A stretch of 63,569 bases of DNA from an uncultured Candidatus Saccharibacteria bacterium (GTDB lineage: Bacteria; Patescibacteriota; Minisyncoccia; Phycocordibacterales; PALSA-1337): contig CAZLQL010000001.1 in NCBI GenBank assembly GCA_964561875.1, positions 5,191 through 68,759 of the forward strand. The letters run 5' to 3'. Of this stretch, positions 27,035 through 37,538 are shown piece by piece. Each line of letters starts with the position of its first letter. Position 1 is the first letter of the stretch. The notes below the pieces were generated by a model that ran no database searches, was not told the DNA's origin, and saw only the letters and a program-made list of their open reading frames with translations. Position numbers and translations under genes: made by a program.

Positions 27035-28936
27035 ATGAATTTTTGGTTTAAAAAAAAGAATACAAGGTGGAATACTCCTTCTATAAAAGCTATAGAAGAT
27101 ATAGTTTTACGTCTAAAAAGCGAGGTAAATAGGGAAGATTTGATAAAACACATAACTGAACCGTATAAAAAGTCTTTATTTGAATCAGAAAAGGAACAAA
27201 TCTTTTGCCTTATGAATCTATATACGAACATCGAAGACTTTATAGAAAAAAATAGAATACCCATAATAAAAAGAAATATAGACATAAAAAATATAAGATC
27301 AGAACTATTGAAGAGGCATTCTGCAAATAAATTACCCTCATATTTTGAGGCAATATTACATGAAGAGCCAAGTAGGAGTTTGTTGTTAATATTAAATATA
27401 TCAAATGAGTTTTTAGCTTTGTGTAGAAAATCAATAGGTGAAGAAAAATCAGAAAATATATTTTCTGATTGGCTAAAGAAACACAATATAAATGTACCTA
27501 TATACGCAGTCAAGAATATCTTTATCACCCAAAAGACATTTACTAATGGGTCTTATTCAGATACTGAGATCGGAATTATATTTAAAGATTTATTTGATCA
27601 ATTCTTCAAAAATTTAAAAGATAAAATAGGTGATACGTACTCGATAAATGAGATAAGAAATATATCTTTACCTGTTCTAAAATCAATAGATCGACCAACT
27701 GCTATCAAGTTATCAGCTATATTACCAGAAAATATATTTGAAAAAGAATTTACAACCTTCCTTACAAGAGAAGAGCTCGAAAGACAGATATCAGAAAAAA
27801 CAAAAGTCCTTGAAAAGGAAAAAGAATCTATTGATGCAAAAATAAGAGAGAGAACATTTGAATACAGAACAGAAAGAGATAAGCTAAAGTTAATAGCAGA
27901 AAACATGTCTGAAGGGGTGTTGTTACTCGATCCATACAGGAGTGTTTTATTTAGAAATACAAAATTAAATAATATATTTGCTATACCAGAAAATTCAACA
28001 GAAGAAATAGTTTTGGCTGGTTTTGATAGATTGATATCGAGTGCAGATGCTCGTATTTTGATGGATGAATCTCTGAAAAAGGGTACTCATTCTACTACTA
28101 TAGAAAATAGCGGAAGAATATATAGTGTATCTTGTATTTATATTAGTGAAAAAAATAAAGGTAATAATATATCAGGCTTTTTGTGGTGGATTAGAGATAT
28201 TACGGAAGAGAAGAGTTTGGAGAGGAAGAAAAGTGAATTTATATCCATTGCTGCACATCAGCTCAGAACACCACTTTCTGGTATAAAGTGGACGCTAAAT
28301 ATGATGGTAAATGAAGAACTCGGCCCACTTTCTGATGATCAAAAAGTCTTTTTACTTAAACTCCAAGAATCAAATGATAGAATGATTCACCTTGTAAATG
28401 ATCTATTGCAAGCTGATAGATTGGAAACAGATAAGACTGAATACACATTTGAAAAAGTAGATTTTGGAAGTATGGTAAAAAATATATCTGAAGATTTTAA
28501 AATATCGGCAAAAAATAATGGTCTGAGTTTATATATTTCAATTAAAAATAGTGATCTATCAGTTTATGGAGATAAGGAAAAATTACACAGTGTTGTTCAG
28601 AATCTAGTAGATAATGCCATAAAATATACCTTAAAAGGTGGAAGTATAAATGTTTCTGTTGAAATAAATAAAGAGGGTAGAGTTATGTTGTCAGTATCAG
28701 ATACAGGTATAGGTATAATAAAATCACAACAAGAAAAGATTTTCGGTAGATTTTTCAGAGGTTCAAATGCACTTAAAATAAAAACCGATGGGACAGGTTT
28801 GGGTTTGTATATTGTAAAACAAATTGTTGAAAGACATGGTGGAAATGTTAGTTTTGAAAGTACGGAAGGTATTGGTTCCAGATTTGTTGTTACATTACCT
28901 CATTTTGAAGATAAAAATAATAAGAAAAATAAATGA
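27035..28936 (+). CDS. Sensor histidine kinase (PAS-HisKA-HATPase) with no evident TM segment
   Basis: H-box SIAAHQLRTPLSGI, N-box DNAIKYT, G1 DTGIGI, G2 GTGLGLYIV. Confidence 0.88.
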   Translation: MNFWFKKKNTRWNTPSIKAIEDIVLRLKSEVNREDLIKHITEPYKKSLFESEKEQIFCLMNLYTNIEDFIEKNRIPIIKRNIDIKNIRSELLKRHSANKLPSYFEAILHEEPSRSLLLILNISNEFLALCRKSIGEEKSENIFSDWLKKHNINVPIYAVKNIFITQKTFTNGSYSDTEIGIIFKDLFDQFFKNLKDKIGDTYSINEIRNISLPVLKSIDRPTAIKLSAILPENIFEKEFTTFLTREELERQISEKTKVLEKEKESIDAKIRERTFEYRTERDKLKLIAENMSEGVLLLDPYRSVLFRNTKLNNIFAIPENSTEEIVLAGFDRLISSADARILMDESLKKGTHSTTIENSGRIYSVSCIYISEKNKGNNISGFLWWIRDITEEKSLERKKSEFISIAAHQLRTPLSGIKWTLNMMVNEELGPLSDDQKVFLLKLQESNDRMIHLVNDLLQADRLETDKTEYTFEKVDFGSMVKNISEDFKISAKNNGLSLYISIKNSDLSVYGDKEKLHSVVQNLVDNAIKYTLKGGSINVSVEINKEGRVMLSVSDTGIGIIKSQQEKIFGRFFRGSNALKIKTDGTGLGLYIVKQIVERHGGNVSFESTEGIGSRFVVTLPHFEDKNNKKNK

Positions 28937-29724
28937 TAAAGATAGTTTTAGTAGAAGATGATGTATTGTTGTCCAACTTACTTATCGAGAGACTAAGTAA
29001 AGAGGGTTTTCATGTTACATCAGTAACAGACGGAAGGTTTGCTATAGATACTATAAAGAAAGTAAAGCCAGATCTTTTATTGCAAGATCTTATACTGCCT
29101 ACAGTAGATGGTTATGAGATTTTAGATATAAAAAGAAAAGATAATTCAATAAAAAATATACCAGTGATAGTTATTTCAAATTCAGGTCAACCAGTTGAAA
29201 TAAAACATCTTGTGGAAAGGGGAGTTAATGATTATTTTATAAAAGCTGAATTAGATCTAAATGAGATAGTTGAAAGAATAAGAGCTGTTTTAGATTTGAA
29301 GTATAAAGATAAAGGTAATATTTCAAGATGGCAAGACTTAACAGGTAAAACTTTACTATGGATAGAAGATGATCCTCTAGTAGATGATGTATTAAGACAA
29401 AAGTTGTGTGATATAAAAGTTGAAATAGTTCAGGTTCCTGATGGTAAAAGTGCATTTAAATTTTTAAAAGATAAAAAACCTAGTATTATAATTTTAGATA
29501 TTGTTTTACCTGATATGAGTGGATTAGATTTTCTTGAAAGAGTAAAGATTGCTTCTGATACTAAAGATATACCTGTGCTTATTTTATCCAATATGAATAG
29601 TGAAAATGAGTACGAAAATTCTATAAAGCTAGGTGCTTCAGATTATTTGGTAAAATCTACTCATTCAATAGATCAAGTTATAACAAAGATAAATGATATT
29701 ATTCGTATCTCAGAGCTTCGATAG
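28933..29724 (+). CDS. Response regulator with two receiver domains and no output domain
   Basis: Two REC units (VEDD...DLLLQDLILPTVDG and IEDD...IIILDIVLPDMSG). Start overlaps the HK stop (ATGA). Confidence 0.85.
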   Translation: MIKIVLVEDDVLLSNLLIERLSKEGFHVTSVTDGRFAIDTIKKVKPDLLLQDLILPTVDGYEILDIKRKDNSIKNIPVIVISNSGQPVEIKHLVERGVNDYFIKAELDLNEIVERIRAVLDLKYKDKGNISRWQDLTGKTLLWIEDDPLVDDVLRQKLCDIKVEIVQVPDGKSAFKFLKDKKPSIIILDIVLPDMSGLDFLERVKIASDTKDIPVLILSNMNSENEYENSIKLGASDYLVKSTHSIDQVITKINDIIRISELR

Positions 29725-30910
29725 GATTTAGATTGGAAGCTCTTCTTGCTGGATAGTATCCAAATATTATTCCTATAAAAGCAGATACTCCGAATGCTAA
29801 GAAAATAGAAGGTATAGATATAGATGTTTGTATAATTCCAAGTTTTGAAACAATAAGTGCTACAGCTATTCCGAGTATTACACCTATAGTTCCACCAGTG
29901 AAAGTAAGTGCAATAGCTTCAGCTAAAAATTGTAGATTAATATCTTTCTTTTTTGCTCCAATAGCTTTTCTCAAACCTATCTCTCTAGTTCTTTCGGTAA
30001 CTGTGGTTAACATCATATTCATAATTCCTATTCCTCCAACCACAAGAGATATGCTTGCTATAGCGGATAAGAACAGGGTAAAGGCAGTAGTTATTTGTGT
30101 AAGTGCACCCAGTATATCTGCTTGAGATATGACAGAAAAGTCTGGTTCACTCACTCTATGTTTTTCTATTATAAGGGCTGTAGCCTGAGCTTGTATGCTA
30201 GGCATATCATCTTTATTCTCTACACTCACAGCTATTGATGATAGATAATCAACACCAGTCAAAATCTTTTGCATCGTAGATAAAGGTACAAAAACCATAT
30301 CATCATGATTTGCAAAACCAGCTCCACCTTTTACTTCAAGCACCCCAATTACTTTAAATATAACTCCATTTATTCTTACAGTCTTTCCTAATGCATCATT
30401 TTCCCCAAATAGATCTTTTGCAACCGTAGCTCCTAAAACTGCCACTTTTGAGAGACTATTCATTTGGTTTTCATTGTAGTACGAACCAGAACTCATTTTC
30501 ATATTTCTAATCACAGCATACTCAGGAACAGTACCAATTACAGTTGAATTTGTATTGTTACCAGTTGATGAAACTATCTGGAATCTTCTATCAAGCTCTG
30601 GTGCAACCATAGAAACACCATCAATCGTTTTGATTATTTCTGAATCCTCATTTTTTAGACTTTGCGCTGCACCTCTACCGGATGAAACTATACCTCTACC
30701 TGGTTGTAGAGCTCCTGGGTATATAGTCAAAAGATTTGAACCCAAACCTTCTATACTGGATTGTATAGAAGCTTGAGCTCCTTGACCTATAGATATCATA
30801 GCTATAACAGAACTTATTCCTATTATTATTCCTAGCATGGTTAATCCAGATCTGACTTTATTTGCAGATAGGGAAGTATAAGTTTCGTGTAGTATATCTA
30901 GTGTTGTCAT
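29699..30910 (-). CDS. MacB/FtsX-type ABC permease
   Basis: N-terminal TM, large extracytoplasmic domain, C-terminal FtsX 3-TM bundle ending YPARRASNLNPIEALRYE. Confidence 0.88.
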   Translation of the reverse strand: MTTLDILHETYTSLSANKVRSGLTMLGIIIGISSVIAMISIGQGAQASIQSSIEGLGSNLLTIYPGALQPGRGIVSSGRGAAQSLKNEDSEIIKTIDGVSMVAPELDRRFQIVSSTGNNTNSTVIGTVPEYAVIRNMKMSSGSYYNENQMNSLSKVAVLGATVAKDLFGENDALGKTVRINGVIFKVIGVLEVKGGAGFANHDDMVFVPLSTMQKILTGVDYLSSIAVSVENKDDMPSIQAQATALIIEKHRVSEPDFSVISQADILGALTQITTAFTLFLSAIASISLVVGGIGIMNMMLTTVTERTREIGLRKAIGAKKKDINLQFLAEAIALTFTGGTIGVILGIAVALIVSKLGIIQTSISIPSIFLAFGVSAFIGIIFGYYPARRASNLNPIEALRYE

Positions 30911-30914
30911 TTTT

Positions 30915-31634
30915 TTAATTTATTTCATTAAACTTTGCTACTCTTTTTGATCTATTCTTTTTATCTTCCAATATCTCTCCGTCTTTTATAAAAATAATTC
31001 TATCTGCATGTTCTGCAACATCATGTTCATGAGTTATGAGTATTATGGTTCTACCTTCTTTTTCATTTAATCTCTGAAATGTTGCAAGTACTGTTTCTCC
31101 AGTCTTGGAATCTAGGTTTCCTGTAGGTTCATCCGCAAGTATAAGTCTAGGATCGTTTACCAAAGCTCTTGCTATAGCGACTCTTTGTATCTGGCCACCA
31201 GAAAGTTCATTGGACATGTGGTTGAAGTGAGTTTCTGGTAATCCAACAGAGTGTAGAGATTTTCTAGCTCGTTCCTCTCTTTCTTTTTCTGGCACCCCAG
31301 CATATACAAGAGGGAGTACAACATTTCTTATAACAGTTGTTCTTGGTAAGAGGTTAAATGATTGAAAGACGAAACCGATCATATTTCTCCTTATATTAGC
31401 CAATTCATCATCTGTAAGTTTTGATAAGTCTTTATTATCAAGTATGTATCTTCCCGTACTTGGTGTGTCTAGTGCTCCCAGTATGTGCATCATGGTAGAT
31501 TTTCCAGATCCAGAAGGACCCATAATAGCAACAAATTCTCCTTCTTTTATATCAAAGCTCACACCTTTAAGTGCTCTAAAACCTTTATCACCCACACCCT
31601 TATATGTTTTTGTGACTTTATTTATTTCTATCAT
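30915..31634 (-). CDS. MacB/LolD-type ABC ATPase
   Basis: [35 protein letters not shown]. Confidence 0.9.
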   Translation of the reverse strand: MIEINKVTKTYKGVGDKGFRALKGVSFDIKEGEFVAIMGPSGSGKSTMMHILGALDTPSTGRYILDNKDLSKLTDDELANIRRNMIGFVFQSFNLLPRTTVIRNVVLPLVYAGVPEKEREERARKSLHSVGLPETHFNHMSNELSGGQIQRVAIARALVNDPRLILADEPTGNLDSKTGETVLATFQRLNEKEGRTIILITHEHDVAEHADRIIFIKDGEILEDKKNRSKRVAKFNEIN

Positions 31635-31640
31635 TTATTG

Positions 31641-33314
31641 TTATTTACTTACTCTAACTCCACTGACACCTCGAGAGTTATTGTTTGAACCAAATATACT
31701 TGGTGCATTCGAAGGAGCTTTTACAGGTGTTCCAATTATTGTTCTTATAACTATAATATCTCCTTCATTTAGACCTGATATAACCTCAGTCTCGGTATCA
31801 TTTGTTATTCCTATCTCTATATTTTGTTGTCTTGGGGCTGTACTAGAAGTTATTCCCACACCTCCTTTTGTTGTAGCAGGGTATTGCTTATCAAAAGTTT
31901 CAATATATGAAGTTTTACCTCTTGTTTTTATCGCACTGTTTGGAATTATCAATATATTTTCTTTACTGTCTGTTATAATTTCTGCACTTACACTCATACC
32001 TGGACGAACTCTTGGATCTTGTTTATCTAGAGTTATCTCTGCTGAGTATGTGACAACACCTTGATTCATAGTTCCGACGATATCTAGTTTTGTCACCTCA
32101 CCACTTATTGTAAGATCATTCACTGCATCAAAAGTCATTTTTGATTTTTGACCGACTTTAACCTTTGAAGCATCCACTTCATTTAATGATATAGTAGCTA
32201 TTTGTTTTTTTGTTATTAATGTTGCCACTACTCCGCTAGCAGAATCACCCTTTTTTACATTTATTTTTGCAACTATTCCATCGATAGGAGCTTTAACAAA
32301 ATAATTTTCATAATTGTATTGCTTTTGTTTTAAGTTTAAAGCCTCAGACTTTATATCTAGCTCATCTGCCCCTGATTCTATTTTAATTAAATTTTCATTC
32401 TTTTCATTTACATCAAGTTTTGCGCTTGCTATAGCATTTTTCGCAGATAACAATGCATCTATATCGCTACTTACTTTTAGTGACCAAGATGATATATCTG
32501 TTTGGGCTAGTGATAAACCTGACTGAGTCTGTGTCGTTCCGTACTGACTTATATAGTCTGCAGCAGATTTTGCATCCTTCACAACCTGTGCCAATTCTCT
32601 CATCACTAGATATGTATTTCCAACTATTGATTCTATTTCTTCTTTTGAACTATTTGTACTAAAAGATTTGTAAGAGGGAAGTAATGCTTCGTATCTTGCT
32701 TTTGCTTTTATATAGTCATCAAGAGTTGTTTTTCTGTACTGACTTTCTACAGTAGAGTATTGTTTTTGATCGCTTAGGAAACCACTTGAATTATTTAACA
32801 TTGAATCAATACTGTTTATTATACTTGGAGCATCCAGAAAAGCTCCCAATACACTACTATATCCATCCCCGTATGCTTTCTTTTCTGAATCTTTTGCACT
32901 TTCTAGTGAGCTCTGTGCCTGTAGTAAAGATACTTTGTCTGCTGGCTTTGTAAGTTTTTGATAAGCGATTTTAGCACTTTCCAATGCAATCTCAGCATCT
33001 CTTCCATCAAGTTGTATTATGGTTGTACCAGCTTTTACTTCCTGACCCTCTTTTATTGGTATGTTTATCACATCTGCAGTTACTTTTGCTTTTAGATCGA
33101 TTTGGTTTGAGGTTGATATCTGTCCGGTACCAGTAACTGTAGATGATATACTTCCAGTTTTTACTGTCCCTAGGAAATACTGACTACTCACATTCTTTCC
33201 TGTGAGGGAAGTGATTGTGTAATAAATTGAAATTATTAATACAATAGCAATTATAAAGCTGGTTTTTTTATAATTTAATGCGAGCCTCTTTAAATTTACA
33301 AAGTTTTTTTTCAT
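31641..33314 (-). CDS. HlyD/MacA-type periplasmic adaptor (membrane fusion protein)
   Basis: N-terminal TM, long coiled-coil, lipoyl and beta-barrel-like segments. Operon with the two genes above. Confidence 0.75.
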   Translation of the reverse strand: MKKNFVNLKRLALNYKKTSFIIAIVLIISIYYTITSLTGKNVSSQYFLGTVKTGSISSTVTGTGQISTSNQIDLKAKVTADVINIPIKEGQEVKAGTTIIQLDGRDAEIALESAKIAYQKLTKPADKVSLLQAQSSLESAKDSEKKAYGDGYSSVLGAFLDAPSIINSIDSMLNNSSGFLSDQKQYSTVESQYRKTTLDDYIKAKARYEALLPSYKSFSTNSSKEEIESIVGNTYLVMRELAQVVKDAKSAADYISQYGTTQTQSGLSLAQTDISSWSLKVSSDIDALLSAKNAIASAKLDVNEKNENLIKIESGADELDIKSEALNLKQKQYNYENYFVKAPIDGIVAKINVKKGDSASGVVATLITKKQIATISLNEVDASKVKVGQKSKMTFDAVNDLTISGEVTKLDIVGTMNQGVVTYSAEITLDKQDPRVRPGMSVSAEIITDSKENILIIPNSAIKTRGKTSYIETFDKQYPATTKGGVGITSSTAPRQQNIEIGITNDTETEVISGLNEGDIIVIRTIIGTPVKAPSNAPSIFGSNNNSRGVSGVRVSK

Positions 33315-33366
33315 ATGTTTGATCCTATTATAACATCCACACCAGCAGTATTGTTACAATTACCTA

Positions 33367-33396
33367 TTGACTTACAGCATATTTATGTGCTATAAT
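33367..33396 (+). promoter_or_regulatory. Consensus sigma70 promoter
   Basis: TTGACT (33367-33372), 18-nt spacer, TATAAT (33391-33396). ATG lies 8 nt downstream. Confidence 0.55.
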
Positions 33397-33404
33397 ATGA
33401 ACAT

Positions 33405-33833
33405 ATGAGATCTTTGATTTGTGGGTTTTTGCTGAGTCTTTTTGTCTCTGGGTGCGGAACTCAAAATTGGTCCGCACGGATGCCCCTCGATCCCATCGGG
33501 GCATCTAGCTTGCCCGAAACTCGGGCAAGCTACTCCTCCCGCACCGTCGGCTTCGACGGTCGGGAGGAGGTGCACCAATCGGTAAACCGTCAGGACGTTC
33601 AAACGTACTACGGACAAACGCAGTCAGGGGGAATCACCCCTGTGACTGTTGTGGTAGATACTCAATACGAGTATCACTATACAAACAACACTCCACGGTA
33701 CTATAGTGTACCCGGGTACACTATAGATCCAAATGGGCCAAAAGGTGGATACATACAGGGTACAATCCCTCTCATCCCCCGAGAAATCCCTGCAACACAA
33801 AAGATGTTGCATGACAAAATCAAAGGGAAATGA
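33405..33833 (+). CDS. Putative lipoprotein (142 aa), G+C-rich ORFan
   Basis: Lipobox LFVSGC at residues 12-17. Hairpin terminator TCGAGCTA/TAGCTCGA downstream. Confidence 0.6.
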   Translation: MRSLICGFLLSLFVSGCGTQNWSARMPLDPIGASSLPETRASYSSRTVGFDGREEVHQSVNRQDVQTYYGQTQSGGITPVTVVVDTQYEYHYTNNTPRYYSVPGYTIDPNGPKGGYIQGTIPLIPREIPATQKMLHDKIKGK

Positions 33834-33950
33834 CCAACATTTTCCACATCGAGCTAGGCTTTGCTTAGCTCGATTTTGTTTTGTCTATACTTGTTGATCT
33901 GTAAAACTAAATAATATTTTAAACAATATAAAATATGGTAGTATTTCTTT

Positions 33951-34388
33951 ATGAAAACTATCGTATCAAAATCAATACAAGAGACACAGATATTTGCAGA
34001 ACAATATATAAAGTCTTTATCTATTAAGGATGATGAAGCTAATGTTATAGGGTTATATGGAAATCTCGGCTCAGGAAAGACGGCATTTACAAAATGTCTG
34101 GCAAAGGAACTAGGAATAGATGAGGTTATAACAAGTCCAACATTTGTTATTATGAAAATATACGAAACAAAACATAGTGATTTTAAAAGATTGATTCATA
34201 TAGATGCATATAGACTTGAAAGTGGTAGGGAATTACAAACATTAGATTTTGAATCTCTAGTAAGAAATAAAAATAATCTAATTGTTATAGAGTGGCCAGA
34301 AAATGTAAAAGATATTTTAAATCTTGATCATAAAAAGATACATTGTAATTTTATAGATGAAAATACTAGGCAATATGATGTAGAATAG
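33951..34388 (+). CDS. tsaE: tRNA t6A37 biosynthesis ATPase TsaE
   Basis: GNLGSGKTAFTK...SPTF...HIDAYR. TAGTAT lies 6 nt before the ATG. Confidence 0.85.
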   Translation: MKTIVSKSIQETQIFAEQYIKSLSIKDDEANVIGLYGNLGSGKTAFTKCLAKELGIDEVITSPTFVIMKIYETKHSDFKRLIHIDAYRLESGRELQTLDFESLVRNKNNLIVIEWPENVKDILNLDHKKIHCNFIDENTRQYDVE

Positions 34389-34392
34389 CTAT

Positions 34393-36783
34393 ATGGTAAA
34401 GAAAAGACTAATACTACTAGATTCACATGCAATACTACATAGGGCATACCATGCACTACCAGATTTTGCTTCCAAAAAAGGTGAGCCAACTGGGGCACTA
34501 TATGGTCTTGTAGCTATGCTTATAAAGATAATTGAAGATTTGAAGCCTGACTATATAGTGGCTTGTTATGATCTACCAGGACCTACATACAGACATGAAG
34601 CATATAAAGAATATAAAGCTCAGAGGAAAAGTATGGAGGATGCATTGGCTACACAGATCAATCGCTCAAGGGATATATTTAAAGTATTTAATGTACCAAT
34701 TTACGATAAACCTGGATTTGAAGCAGATGATATGCTCGGAACTATTTCGGAAGTTGCAAATAAAGATAAAGATTTGGAAATAATAATTGCTTCGGGAGAT
34801 ATGGATACAATGCAATTGATAAAAGGAGAAAAAATAAAAGTTTATACTTTGAAAAAGGGAATAAAGGATACTATTTTATATGATGAAAAAGCAGTAAAAG
34901 AAAGATTTGGTTTCGGTCCAGAATTATTGCCAGACTATAAGGGACTAAGAGGTGATCCCTCAGACAATATCATAGGTATAAAAGGAATAGGAGAAAAGAC
35001 TGCAAGTACACTTATTTCAAACTTAGGAACAATCGAAGATATTTATAAAAAACTAGAAAAGGATAAAAAAGATGATTATAAATCATTCAAGAAATTTGGT
35101 ATTACTGATCGAATAATAAAACTTTTAGAAGAAGGTAAAGAAGAAGCTGAATTTAGTAAAATGCTTGCAACAATCAGAAAAGATGCGCCTATAGATTTTA
35201 AATTACCTGAAAAAGAATTTAAACAAGGTGTAGATAGAGAAGCGGTAAAAAATTTATTTAATGAATTAGATTTTAGAACTTTGGGAATTCGTTTTGCAAA
35301 TGTTCTTGATGGTAAAACAAGTATGGATAATACTGAAGTTGAGGACAAAAAAACTATAGATATAGATGAAATTACAAAAGATATTTCAAAAGATGATATC
35401 GAGAAAACTTCTCTAGCACTTTGGATTATAGATTCAAATAGAACAAATCCAAGTGCAGAAGAAATATTGGAATATACAAAGGTAAATGACTTTAAAAAGG
35501 CTACTGATATTGTATTTAAAGAACTCGATAAAAGAGGTCTAAGAAAAGTTTATGAAGATATAGAAATGCCTCTTATTCCTGTTATAAATAAAATGGAAGA
35601 GAAAGGGGTAAAGATCGATGTTGATTTACTTAAAGATTTATCAAAAAAATATCATAAGACTCTTGATTCACTCGAGAAAAAGATTTGGGAATTGTCTGGT
35701 GTGGAATTTAATATAAATTCTCCAAAACAACTAGGTGAAGTTCTGTTTGATAAATTACAACTTACTGCAAAAGGTCTCAAAAAGACAGAGGGGGGAGCGC
35801 GTTCGACCAGAGAGTCTGAACTTGAGAAACTTCGTGATGCACACCCAGTTGTGCCACTACTTTTTGAATATAGAGAATTACAAAAACTTTTATCAACATA
35901 TATAGATGTTATACCGACTTTAGTTGATAGTAATAACAGACTTCATGCAGACTTTATATCCTCAGGAAGTGCAACTGGACGTATGGCTAGTCAAAATCCA
36001 GGAATTCAAAATATACCTATAAAAACAGAACTTGGAAAAGTAATAAGAAATGCTTTTATAGCAGAAAAAGGATTCAAAATAGTTGCATTGGACTATGCAC
36101 AAATCGAACTTAGAATCGCAGCTTTTATATCTGGCGATGAAAAATTGATAGAGATATTTAAACAAGGTGAGGATGTACACAAATCTGTAGCAAGCAGAGT
36201 TTTCGGAGTTCCACTTGATAAAGTTGATTCAGAAATGAGACGCAGAGCAAAAATAATAAATTTCGGAATACTTTATGGTATGGGTGTAAATGCTTTAAGA
36301 CAAAACTTGGGTACAGATAGAAAAGAAGCACAAGAATTTTATAACAATTATTTTGCAACATTTAATGGTCTTGCGAAATATCTTGATGAAGTAAAAGCTG
36401 ATGCTGAAAGAAAAGGGTATACAGAAACATTTTTTGGTAGAAGAAGATATTTTGAAGGGATAAATTCAAAGATTCCATTTATAAAAGCGATGGCAGAAAG
36501 AATGGCTATAAATGCACCATTTCAAGGAACAAATGCAGACATTATAAAGATTGCTATGAAAAAAGTGTATGATTTTATCATTGAAAATAAATATGAAAAT
36601 GATGTATTTTTGGTATTGCAAGTTCATGATGAATTGGTGTACGAAATAAAACAAAGTGTAGTTTCAAAAGTTGTTCCTGAGATAAAAAGGATAATGGAAA
36701 ATATAATACCTCTAGAGCAAACAAAAGGTGTAAAACTTATAGTAGCAGAAGAAACAGGGGATAATTGGGGTGAATTAAAATAG
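34393..36783 (+). CDS. polA: DNA polymerase I (5'-3' exonuclease plus polymerase; vestigial 3'-5' exo region)
   Basis: 5'-nuclease N-terminus. Pol motifs DYAQIELR, RRRAKIINFGILYG, QVHDE. At 796 aa it is short, and I could not find a DxE ExoI motif. Confidence 0.93.
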   Translation: MVKKRLILLDSHAILHRAYHALPDFASKKGEPTGALYGLVAMLIKIIEDLKPDYIVACYDLPGPTYRHEAYKEYKAQRKSMEDALATQINRSRDIFKVFNVPIYDKPGFEADDMLGTISEVANKDKDLEIIIASGDMDTMQLIKGEKIKVYTLKKGIKDTILYDEKAVKERFGFGPELLPDYKGLRGDPSDNIIGIKGIGEKTASTLISNLGTIEDIYKKLEKDKKDDYKSFKKFGITDRIIKLLEEGKEEAEFSKMLATIRKDAPIDFKLPEKEFKQGVDREAVKNLFNELDFRTLGIRFANVLDGKTSMDNTEVEDKKTIDIDEITKDISKDDIEKTSLALWIIDSNRTNPSAEEILEYTKVNDFKKATDIVFKELDKRGLRKVYEDIEMPLIPVINKMEEKGVKIDVDLLKDLSKKYHKTLDSLEKKIWELSGVEFNINSPKQLGEVLFDKLQLTAKGLKKTEGGARSTRESELEKLRDAHPVVPLLFEYRELQKLLSTYIDVIPTLVDSNNRLHADFISSGSATGRMASQNPGIQNIPIKTELGKVIRNAFIAEKGFKIVALDYAQIELRIAAFISGDEKLIEIFKQGEDVHKSVASRVFGVPLDKVDSEMRRRAKIINFGILYGMGVNALRQNLGTDRKEAQEFYNNYFATFNGLAKYLDEVKADAERKGYTETFFGRRRYFEGINSKIPFIKAMAERMAINAPFQGTNADIIKIAMKKVYDFIIENKYENDVFLVLQVHDELVYEIKQSVVSKVVPEIKRIMENIIPLEQTKGVKLIVAEETGDNWGELK

Positions 36784-36789
36784 TATAAA

Positions 36790-37524
36790 ATGATAATTTT
36801 TATTCACGGTGAAGACACAGATAAGTCACGAAAAAAGGCTCATGAGCTTATAGATAACTTGCGAAAAAAGAAACCTGATGCAAGTTTTTTCAAAATAAAT
36901 GGTGAAAATTGGAGTGAAGAAATAATATCTGAGTATGCTCTAGGGCAGGGTCTTTTTTCAAATAAATATATAGTTTTTCTAGATAAGGTCTGTGAAAATA
37001 AAGATTTGAAAGATAGTTTTATAGACAAACTGGATGAAATGAAGGATTCAGAAAATGTCTTTATAATCCTTGAGGGTAAATTAGATAAAACAAGTATAAC
37101 AAAGATAGAAAAGAGATCAGATAAAGTTCAGTTATTTGAAATTGATACAGATAAAATAGGGAAATTCGGTAAAAAAGATGATTTCAATATATTTTCTTTA
37201 GCCGATGCATTGGGAAATAGAGATAAAAAGAATCTTTGGATTTTATATAGAATGGCAATAAACAATGGAAAAGTGCCAGAGGAGATTGCGGGTACATTGT
37301 TTTGGCAATTAAAGTCTATGGCAATTGCGAGTAAAGCAAAAGATGCTTCATCCTCAAGTCTTTCGCCTTTTGTATACAATAAATCAAAAAATTATTTAAA
37401 AAATTTTAAAGATGGGGAGATTTATAAAATACTCGAATCACTCATTTCTATTTCTCACGATTCTAGAAGGGGAATAGGAGAAATGGAGACAAGTCTTGAG
37501 AGGTGGATACTTGAGTCTTTTTGA
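36790..37524 (+). CDS. holA: DNA polymerase III delta subunit-like protein (short)
   Basis: N-terminus MIIFIHGEDTDKSRKKAHELI resembles HolA. Position after polA. Weak assignment. Confidence 0.5.
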   Translation: MIIFIHGEDTDKSRKKAHELIDNLRKKKPDASFFKINGENWSEEIISEYALGQGLFSNKYIVFLDKVCENKDLKDSFIDKLDEMKDSENVFIILEGKLDKTSITKIEKRSDKVQLFEIDTDKIGKFGKKDDFNIFSLADALGNRDKKNLWILYRMAINNGKVPEEIAGTLFWQLKSMAIASKAKDASSSSLSPFVYNKSKNYLKNFKDGEIYKILESLISISHDSRRGIGEMETSLERWILESF

Positions 37525-37538
37525 TATATTATAGTCAT

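Noticed and set aside
26995-27528. 177-aa minus-strand ORF
   Set aside because: It is entirely antisense to the well-supported histidine kinase gene. It is a low-complexity Phe/Ile-rich product typical of AT-rich antisense frames.
31444-32064. 206-aa plus-strand ORF
   Set aside because: It is antisense to the ABC ATPase and HlyD-like genes and spans their junction.
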